A stretch of DNA of 15,901 nucleotides from an uncultured Ruficoccus sp. (GTDB lineage: Bacteria > Verrucomicrobiota > Verrucomicrobiia > Opitutales > Cerasicoccaceae), in assembly GCA_965140785.1 (NCBI GenBank), contig OZ223507.1, positions 1-15,901 of the forward strand. Reading direction: 5' to 3'. Made by a program: the position numbers and the translations under genes. This document shows positions 7,619 through 14,588 of this stretch, piece by piece; positions within the stretch are counted from its first letter, which is position 1, and every line of letters begins with the position of its first letter. The notes under the pieces are model-generated. The model had not been told where the DNA came from. It worked only from the letters and a program-made list of their open reading frames with translations, and ran no database searches.

Positions 7619-7884
7619 GGTAGCAGTAACAACGGGTTAGTCCGATGACTGGATATTATTTCTGAGCTATGGATGGTCAATCGTCGAGCAGAACAGGGAC
7701 GGAATTGAAGGGGAAGTGTTGGTCCCGCAGCGGGAAATTAAGTTTTCTGATCGGAAATTGTTCCTTGGCTGGCAGGGGACGGAGAGCTATTTTCTCCCAA
7801 AAGACAGGTTTTCTTGAAACCTGGCCCGTTTTCGCTTTTCCCTTATCTGAGCGGGCTGGTGGTGGCCCGTATTTCTCAACCGCT

Positions 7885-8622
7885 ATGAATTTACCCAGTG
7901 CATGGCTCTTTTTGGCGCAGGCCGCCGAGGAGCCCAATATCTTTACTTACTTCGGCGAGTCCAATATCGCGGGCAAAGCTATCGTGGTCGCGCTTCTGCT
8001 GTTCAGCCTGCTGGCCTGGACGGTCATGATCGGCAAGTACCTGGACCTTTCCCGTCTGCGCTCGCTCAACCTCAGCTTTGAGTCGCGCCTGGCGCAGCAG
8101 CGCGCCCTGCTCAAGCTCAACCTCGGACGCAAGGCCGGGAACCTCGGCCCGTACGCGACCCTCGTCGAGGAGGCGGTGGACGCCTTTCACCGCTACGAGG
8201 GGGCCGGGTCCGAGCGCAGCCTGCGGGTACGAATGGGCCACGTGGAGAACGCGCTCCAGCGCGGCGTCGCCCAGCAGTCGATCAAGTACGAATCAAAAAT
8301 GATCCTGCTCGGCTCCATCGTGACCGGCGCGCCTTTCCTCGGGCTGCTCGGGACGGTCTGGGGCGTGATGGACGCCTTCGGATCGATGGCCCTCCAGTCC
8401 AGCGCCACGCTGCAAAACCTCGCCCCTGGCGTTTCCGGCGCGCTGCTGACCACGGTGGCGGGCCTGCTCGTGGCCATCCCCTCGGTCTTCGGGTACAATT
8501 TCCTCCTCACCCAGTCCAAGCTCCTCATCACCGAGCTGGAGAACTTCGCCAGCTCGCTGGCCGACCGGATCGAGTTGGAAGTGGAAATCGCCCTCGAACA
8601 GGAAGCGGCCGAGGAGGCCTGA
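7885..8622 (+). CDS. MotA/TolQ/ExbB proton channel family protein (245 aa)
   Basis: Probable start ATG 7885 (MNLPSAW...). TM1 'LLLFSLLAWTVM', 'APFLGLLGTVWGVMDAF', 'APGVSGALLTTVAGLLVAIPSVFGYN'. Confidence 0.92.
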   Translation: MNLPSAWLFLAQAAEEPNIFTYFGESNIAGKAIVVALLLFSLLAWTVMIGKYLDLSRLRSLNLSFESRLAQQRALLKLNLGRKAGNLGPYATLVEEAVDAFHRYEGAGSERSLRVRMGHVENALQRGVAQQSIKYESKMILLGSIVTGAPFLGLLGTVWGVMDAFGSMALQSSATLQNLAPGVSGALLTTVAGLLVAIPSVFGYNFLLTQSKLLITELENFASSLADRIELEVEIALEQEAAEEA

Positions 8623-8701
8623 GCACGGACGCGCGACCACCCGGACGTTTAACTTTTTACTCAGGCGCGACCAGCGGGGAAACGCTTCACAGAATACAAA
8701 A

Positions 8702-9118
8702 ATGGCACGGACATTCAGGCGCAGAAAGAGCATGACGGCGGTCTCGGAGATCAATGTGACTCCGCTCATCGACCTTGCCTTCTCGCTGCTGATCATCTTC
8801 ATGATCACCACGCCGCTGCTGGAGCAGACCATCCCGCTGGAGCTGCCGGTGGAGTCGCAGCGCCCGCAGGTTTCGCGGGAGGATATCCAGTTCCAGGTCA
8901 TTTCCATCGACCGCTCCGGGCAGGTCTTTTGGGGCAAGGACCCGGTCAGCCTGCCCAAGCTCAACGACCTGCTCAGCAGCCTGGCCGCCGAGCCGAACCC
9001 GCCCGTCATCAGCCTGCGGGCCGACCGCACCATCCGCTACCAGAAAGTGGTGGAGGTGATCGACCTGATCAAGGACAACAAACTCTCGCGCCTTAACCTC
9101 GACACCCAGGTCAAATGA
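8702..9118 (+). CDS. ExbD/TolR family biopolymer transport protein
   Basis: SEINVTPLIDLAFSLLIIFMIT with the conserved Asp, and LRADRTIRYQKVVEVID. Confidence 0.93.
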   Translation: MARTFRRRKSMTAVSEINVTPLIDLAFSLLIIFMITTPLLEQTIPLELPVESQRPQVSREDIQFQVISIDRSGQVFWGKDPVSLPKLNDLLSSLAAEPNPPVISLRADRTIRYQKVVEVIDLIKDNKLSRLNLDTQVK

Positions 9119-9924
9119 GCTCACGCAACACCAACCGCGGTTTCTGGGGCTCGCTCGTGGTCCATGTGCTGTTCTTTGGAGCGGTCATGCTCATGATCCT
9201 GTGGAACAAGCTCTACTCCGAGCCCGAGCCGGTGGTCTTCGAGCTGGTGGAGACCTCTCCGAATCCGTCGCCGGTGGTAGAGGACACGCCGCCCAGCCCG
9301 GAACCGGAGCCGGAAGAGCCCGCCATCGACGCGCCCAAGATCGCTCCCTCCGCCCCGGTCGAAATCCCCGACCTGAACATCCCCGAGCCCGAACCGGAAC
9401 CCACGCCTCCGCCTCCGGCCCCCACGCCGACTCCGACGCCCACTCCCACGCCGCAGCCCAAGCCCAAGGAAGAGCCGAAGACCATTTCCGCCGCCGATTT
9501 CTTTAAAGAACACGGTAAGCCCACGCCGACGCCGCCCAAGCCGGTCAAGCCGACGTCCGCCCCGAAGATCAACGTCGATACCTCCGAGTCACTCAAACGC
9601 CTGCTCAACGACGGTGCCCGCAATAACATCCAGCAGGCCAGCCCGGGCGAGCAACAGGCCCTGATGGACTTTATCGCCCGCTTGCGGCGCCAGATCGAAC
9701 TGGCCTGGAACAAGCCCGATGGGGTGGCGGATGTGTTCGCCGTGGTCAGCGTCACCGTGCAGCCCAATGGCACCCTGCGCCCCGTCGTCCTGATCACCCC
9801 AAGCGGTAACCGTGTTTTTGACAGCTCGATTATTTCCGCCGTGCAGCACGCCCGCAATATCGGGGGCCCCCCGACGGGCCGGGCCGAGACGATCAACTAC
9901 ACCTTCCGCATGGTCGAGCGCTGA
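9115..9924 (+). CDS. TolA/TonB-like energy transducer
   Basis: N-terminal TM helix with SxxxH motif (SLVVH), Pro-rich linker (PEPEPE, PTPTPTPT) and TonB_2/TolA-type C-domain (IELAWNKP...SGNRVFDSSIISAV). ATGA overlap with exbD/tolR. Confidence 0.85.
   Translation: MSSRNTNRGFWGSLVVHVLFFGAVMLMILWNKLYSEPEPVVFELVETSPNPSPVVEDTPPSPEPEPEEPAIDAPKIAPSAPVEIPDLNIPEPEPEPTPPPPAPTPTPTPTPTPQPKPKEEPKTISAADFFKEHGKPTPTPPKPVKPTSAPKINVDTSESLKRLLNDGARNNIQQASPGEQQALMDFIARLRRQIELAWNKPDGVADVFAVVSVTVQPNGTLRPVVLITPSGNRVFDSSIISAVQHARNIGGPPTGRAETINYTFRMVER
9382..9468 (+). repeat. Coding Pro-Glu/Pro-Thr/Pro-Lys dipeptide repeats of the periplasm-spanning linker
   Basis: Encodes PEPEPEPTPPPPAPTPTPTPTPTPQPKPK. Confidence 0.8.
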
Positions 9925-9962
9925 GGCGGCGGGCTCATTAAGAGCTTGGGGAGCGGTAGCCC

Positions 9963-11525
9963 TTAGATATACGTTTTGTTAATGTCCGGACGGGCCGGTG
10001 CCTGAATGGAGCTGGGCGCGAATCCGTCGTCACTGGTCGGATAGGTGAACCGCGAGCCCTTGCGGTAACTGGGAACGGGAGGCGTGCGGACCGCTGATTG
10101 CGTGGTCACGGTACGCCGGGTGTGGATCAGCCATTGCAGCAGCAAGCGGCGGCAGTCCTGCACGACTGAGGCATGGGCCGGGTCGTGGTAAAGGTTGCGG
10201 CGCTCGTGCGTGTCGGCCTCCAGGTCGTAAAGTTCGCCCGCGTCATTATCTCCCTCAAAGCTTTCGGGTTGGTAGTGGACGAAGCGCCATTGTTTCCAGC
10301 GCAGCGCCTTACTCCAGACATTTTCGGTCACGCTGATCTCGCGCAACGCTTTGTCCTCGCCGCTCAGGAGCGGGGTGATGTCCAGCCCGTCCGCGCCCTC
10401 GTAGGCGGGCAGTCCGCACAGAGCGGACAGGGTCGGCGTGAGGTCCACATTTTCCGTTAACTGGCGGCAGACGCTGCCAGCTGGGGTAACGCCGGGGACC
10501 CGCCACAGCAGCGGCACCTGGCAGACGGCCTCCGAGCAGATGCCGGGCGCTTTTTCCAGAATCCCGTACAACCCATGGTAGGCGCCATGGTCGCTGCCGA
10601 AAATGACAATCGTGTTGTCGGCCAGACCGCGCTTATCGAGGAAGTCGAGCAGCTCGCCGAAGACGTGGTCGATTTGGCTGACGCAGGCGAGGGTGCCGCG
10701 CCAGCTGCGCCGCACAAAGTCCTCGTAGCTCTCGCCGGGCTGGCCGAACTCCGGTTCGTAGTCCTTCCACTCCTGCCAGCGCTGCCGGAAGTGCGGCGGG
10801 CGTCCCTCCGGCGAGTCCGCGTAGGTCTCGGGCAGGTCGAGATCCTCGGGGTACATGTCCCAGAAGCGCTGGTTGGGCAGGAGCGGGTGGTGGGGCTTTT
10901 GCAGGGCGATCTGGATGCAGAACGGGCTTTTCCCGCTCTCGTCGATAAAGTTCATCGCCTCGCGGGCCGCCCACATTTCCATCGTTTCCTCCAAGGGCAG
11001 CTTCGAGGGCATGGCGTCGATAGCGATGGTGCCGGCGCCGTACTCGTTTTCATTGTGCCAGCTGTCTTCAAGGTCGCGCAGGCCCTTTGCCTCCAGCCCT
11101 TGCAGGAAGGCCGAGCTGCCAAAGACCCCGTCCGCCGTTTCATAGGCATCGCCAAAAACATCCACGTCCTCGGCGATCCAGTTGCGGGGCGATTCGGGCA
11201 GGTGCAGTTTGCCGAAGCCCGCCGTGCGGTAGCCTTCCCGGCGGAAGTGGCGGAAGAGATTGTCCAGGCGCGGCGCCGGTCCGGACAGCCCGTAGTAGCC
11301 GTGGTTCTGGCAATACTGCCCCGAGAGGATGCTGACCCGGCTGGGCGTGCAGATCGGATTCTGGCAGTAGGCCTGATCGAAGCGCATCCCCTGCGCGGCG
11401 AACGCGTCCAGCCGGGGCGTTAATGCCTGAGGGTGGCCGGCACAGCCCATCCATCGGGCATTCATCTGGTCGGCCAGGACCATGAGGACGTTCGGGCGCG
11501 GGGTATTCTTCGTTGAGTTGTTCAT
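9963..11525 (-). CDS. Cys-type formylglycine-dependent sulfatase (S1 family; choline-sulfatase-like), probably cytoplasmic, 520 aa
   Basis: Probable start ATG 11525 (MNNSTKNTPRPNVLMVLADQ). CTPSR (CxPxR), GYRTAGFGKLH, KPHHP, SDHG, ELYDLEADTHERRNL. No signal peptide evident. Confidence 0.92.
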   Translation of the reverse strand: MNNSTKNTPRPNVLMVLADQMNARWMGCAGHPQALTPRLDAFAAQGMRFDQAYCQNPICTPSRVSILSGQYCQNHGYYGLSGPAPRLDNLFRHFRREGYRTAGFGKLHLPESPRNWIAEDVDVFGDAYETADGVFGSSAFLQGLEAKGLRDLEDSWHNENEYGAGTIAIDAMPSKLPLEETMEMWAAREAMNFIDESGKSPFCIQIALQKPHHPLLPNQRFWDMYPEDLDLPETYADSPEGRPPHFRQRWQEWKDYEPEFGQPGESYEDFVRRSWRGTLACVSQIDHVFGELLDFLDKRGLADNTIVIFGSDHGAYHGLYGILEKAPGICSEAVCQVPLLWRVPGVTPAGSVCRQLTENVDLTPTLSALCGLPAYEGADGLDITPLLSGEDKALREISVTENVWSKALRWKQWRFVHYQPESFEGDNDAGELYDLEADTHERRNLYHDPAHASVVQDCRRLLLQWLIHTRRTVTTQSAVRTPPVPSYRKGSRFTYPTSDDGFAPSSIQAPARPDINKTYI

Positions 11526-11673
11526 CAGTAAAAGTGGGGAGGGATCGAGATGGCGGTAGTTTTTGAGGCCGAGGCGGAACCCGGCAGTATGACCGGAGCT
11601 TACTCGGACAGTTTCGCTCCACACGAACACTATTGACTCTGAATTGATAGGTTGGCTAAACAAACCATACGCG

Positions 11674-11689
11674 CTGTTACTTGTAACAG
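11674..11689. promoter_or_regulatory. Palindromic LacI-type operator candidate CTGTTAC-TT-GTAACAG
   Basis: Perfect 7-bp inverted arms in the divergent sulfatase/LacI intergenic region, 13 nt before the regulator ATG. Confidence 0.65.
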
Positions 11690-11702
11690 TATTACTCTCT
11701 CT

Positions 11703-12731
11703 ATGAATCTCGAAGCCATAGCTGCCCGCGCCGGGGTATCCCGCATGACGGTCTCCCGGGCGTTGCGAAATCAACGTGACGTCAGCGAAAAGACCCGTCA
11801 GCGGATACTGAAGGTGGTGGAAGAGCTGGGCTATCGGCCCAACCCGATGGTCTCGGTCCTGATGTCACAGGTGGCCCAGTCCCGTAAGGCCGACTTCCAG
11901 CCGACCCTGGTTTATGCCTGGGAGCACAGCTGGATTGTGACTCAGCGGGCCTTGCTGGAGACTCGCGGCGGATACTTTCGGGGGGTGAAAGAGCGTGCCA
12001 GCGAGCTGGGATTCAATGTTGAGGCGCTCCGGATCAATGAGCAGAACATGTCCCAGCAGCGTTTCAGTGACATCCTCAAGGCCCGCAACACGCCCGGGAT
12101 TTTGGTGGCCCCGTCTGAAGTGCCGGCGACGCAGTATGAGTTTGAGTGGGACGCCTTCTCGGCGGTGAGCTTCAACTACAGTATGCGTCAGCCCAAGCTA
12201 AACCGTGTGTGCCTGAACTACCACGTCGGTATCACCAATGCGATGAGCACACTGTGGGAACGCGGCTACCGCCGGTTCGGGCTCATTCTCAAGAAGATCA
12301 CCGACGACCGCATCCTGCACCTCTGGAGTTCGGGGTTTCTGACCTTTCACTGGGAGCACGGTATCCCGTCCTCAGGACAGAATATCCTGATTGAAGACGA
12401 GGTGAAGAAAAACGAATTCTGCGAATGGTTCCGGGCTTGTCAGCCCGAGCTGATTCTCTCCTACAACGACGACGAATACGTCCGGTGGACCCGTCAGATG
12501 GAAAGCGCCCGGCGAGGTAAAAAAGGCCGCCGCTGCGAGTTCGTCCATCTCGACCAGGATTTTATTAACCATCCAGAAAATGTGCTCGGCGGGGTCGAGT
12601 CCTGCCGCCCACAGCTCGCCGCTGCCGCGGTGGACCTGCTGGTTTCCCAAATCAAACAAAACCAGTTCGGGCTGCCGGAGCACCAAAAGACGATCCTGCT
12701 GGAGCCTGAACTGATCCTCTTCGACGAATAG
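11703..12731 (+). CDS. LacI-family transcriptional regulator (342 aa)
   Basis: Start ATG 11703. HTH NLEAIAARAGVSRMTVSRALRN...VSEKTRQRILKVVEELGYRPNP, followed by a periplasmic-binding-protein-like sensor domain. Confidence 0.92.
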   Translation: MNLEAIAARAGVSRMTVSRALRNQRDVSEKTRQRILKVVEELGYRPNPMVSVLMSQVAQSRKADFQPTLVYAWEHSWIVTQRALLETRGGYFRGVKERASELGFNVEALRINEQNMSQQRFSDILKARNTPGILVAPSEVPATQYEFEWDAFSAVSFNYSMRQPKLNRVCLNYHVGITNAMSTLWERGYRRFGLILKKITDDRILHLWSSGFLTFHWEHGIPSSGQNILIEDEVKKNEFCEWFRACQPELILSYNDDEYVRWTRQMESARRGKKGRRCEFVHLDQDFINHPENVLGGVESCRPQLAAAAVDLLVSQIKQNQFGLPEHQKTILLEPELILFDE

Positions 12732-12981
12732 CCGCGACCCTTCTGAAGGGCACTTCGATTAACCTCGCCCATTCCACGAAAAAAGCGGCAATTGGAGATG
12801 CGCGTAAAGACCGGTGGGGCCAAGGAAATCTCTTCTGTATTTTAAAAAAACACGGACTCTACTTCGTAGCGTAAGAGCAGCTTGGATCGCTGAGTATCAT
12901 CGACGGGGAGACGTTCCCTACACTCTTCAACGAGCAACTGCGCGGCCAAGGTAAAATCTCGTAAGTTGCTGAGGGTAAAAA

Positions 12982-13069
<88 letters not shown>

Positions 13070-13106
13070 CTCGAAAGCGGCGATTTCCCAAATGGGAAAA
13101 ACGAAG

Positions 13107-13144
13107 AAAGTAGCGAGCAGGCCTACTTTGCCAAGTTTTTTTTT
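13107..13144 (-). promoter_or_regulatory. Sigma70 promoter of tRNA-Tyr with A-tract UP element
   Basis: Minus strand: A9 tract (13144-13136), TTGGCA (13134-13129), 16-nt spacer, TACTTT (13112-13107). A 16-bp spacer with an UP element is typical of stable-RNA promoters. Confidence 0.6.
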
Positions 13145-13193
13145 GAAAAGTTTGGGAGAAAGGCAGAAACCTGCGCTTGAATCGGCTGGGCGC

Positions 13194-13222
13194 TTGACGG
13201 CTGAGCGCACGCTTGTTAAAGC
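13194..13222 (+). promoter_or_regulatory. Possible promoter for the ClC genes
   Basis: TTGACG (13194-13199), 17 nt, TAAAGC (13217-13222) preceded by TG (extended -10). The last T of the -10 is missing. Confidence 0.3.
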
Positions 13223-13232
13223 CTGACGGAAT

Positions 13233-14570
13233 ATGAGTGGGCCAGCAGAGGGCTTTCCCGAAGGGGAAATACCAGCACGATACAAGTTTTTCTCGCCGCA
13301 GGCGTGGAGGTGTTACGCGCTGTTCGTCCTCGGCGCGGTCATGATCGGGATCGCCGCGTATGTCTTTACCTTGCTGGAACGTTGGTCCGGCCAGTACCTG
13401 GACTGGGCGCTTGGGGTCTCGTGGGTGTTGCCGTTTGTGACGGCTCCGCTCGGCCTGATGGCTATTATCTTTATCCGTAACCGCTTCTTTGACGGAACGC
13501 AGGGGACGGGCATTCCGCAGACCATCGCCGCGCTGAAGATGCAGGCCGGACCGAACCGACACTACCTGCTGTCCCTGCGGATCGCGGTGGGCAAGTTTTT
13601 CCTCACCGCTCTGGGGCTGTTCTGCGGGGCGTCCATTGGGCGGGAAGGGCCGACGGTACAGATCGGCGCGAGTATCCTCTGCACGATCAGCTGGGTGGCG
13701 AAATTCCCCCGCCAGTTGATTGAGCGCGGGCTGATCCTGGGTGGGGGCGCGGCCGGGATCGCCGCTTCCTTCAATGCGCCGGTGGCCGGGACGGTCTTCG
13801 CTTTCGAGGAGATCGGGCGCTCCTTCGAGAAGCACAACGCCAGCACGATCGTGCTGACGGTGGCCATCGCCTGCCAGGTCGTGCTCTGGTGTCTGGGCGG
13901 TTTTTATCTCTTTTACGGGGACGTTTCGACCGCACTTGTCACGGTGACCGGATGGGCCGCGCTGCTGGTCATCGCGGTTATCCTGGGAGCCTTGGGCGGG
14001 GCCTTCGCCAAGTGCCTGCTGCTGCTGACCGACAAGCTGGTCAAGTACTGGAAATCGCATCCGTACTACATGGCCGGCGGGGTGGGGCTGCTGCTTGGCC
14101 TGATCGGGCTCGCTTCGGGCGGCCTGAGCTACGGCAGCGGCTATGATCACGCTCAGATGATCCTGATTGACGGGCAACAGTTGCCGTGGTTTTATCCATT
14201 TACCCGGATGCTGGCGACCTTCGCCACGCTCCTGAGCGGGATACCGGGCGGCCTGTTCGACCCGACCTTGTCCGCCGGAGCCGGGTTCGGGCAGCTCTTT
14301 ACGGGGTGGTTTCCGTCCGTTCCGCCACAGGCGATTATCCTGTTGGGCATGGTATCCTTTTTCTCGGGCGTGGTGCAGAGCCCCATCACCTCGGCCACCA
14401 TTCTGGTTGAAATGACCAGCGCCTACGAAATGATTTTACCGTTATTGATCGCTGCTATAATCGCTTACGAGTTCTCGCATATGGTTTGTCGCAATTCGCT
14501 GTACGAAGAAATTTCCGAGACCTTTCTGAGGGTCTTCCGTGAACGCCACGGAAAGGAGATGGGGTCATAA
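13233..14570 (+). CDS. ClC-family chloride channel / anion:H+ antiporter, no CBS domain (445 aa)
   Basis: [61 protein letters not shown] and C-terminal SLY. Confidence 0.93.
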   Translation: MSGPAEGFPEGEIPARYKFFSPQAWRCYALFVLGAVMIGIAAYVFTLLERWSGQYLDWALGVSWVLPFVTAPLGLMAIIFIRNRFFDGTQGTGIPQTIAALKMQAGPNRHYLLSLRIAVGKFFLTALGLFCGASIGREGPTVQIGASILCTISWVAKFPRQLIERGLILGGGAAGIAASFNAPVAGTVFAFEEIGRSFEKHNASTIVLTVAIACQVVLWCLGGFYLFYGDVSTALVTVTGWAALLVIAVILGALGGAFAKCLLLLTDKLVKYWKSHPYYMAGGVGLLLGLIGLASGGLSYGSGYDHAQMILIDGQQLPWFYPFTRMLATFATLLSGIPGGLFDPTLSAGAGFGQLFTGWFPSVPPQAIILLGMVSFFSGVVQSPITSATILVEMTSAYEMILPLLIAAIIAYEFSHMVCRNSLYEEISETFLRVFRERHGKEMGS

Positions 14571-14588
14571 AGGCGATTTTTGGATTTC

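Noticed and set aside
9925..9962. att-site duplicate of the tRNA-Tyr 3' end, or a terminator, after tolA
   Set aside because: No match to tggtggtgggaactggattcgaacc. Only a weak gctc/gagc stem without a U-tract.
11526..11774. Overlapping N-terminal extensions of the sulfatase (from 11774) and LacI (from 11652)
   Set aside because: Family homology begins at MNNSTKNTPRPNVL and MNLEAIA. The extensions would overlap each other and the operator.
12837..12850. TTTTAAAAAAA as a programmed -1 frameshift site
   Set aside because: In the frame of the upstream short ORF it reads TTT TAA (stop), not X-XXY-YYZ, and the downstream frame also has a stop.
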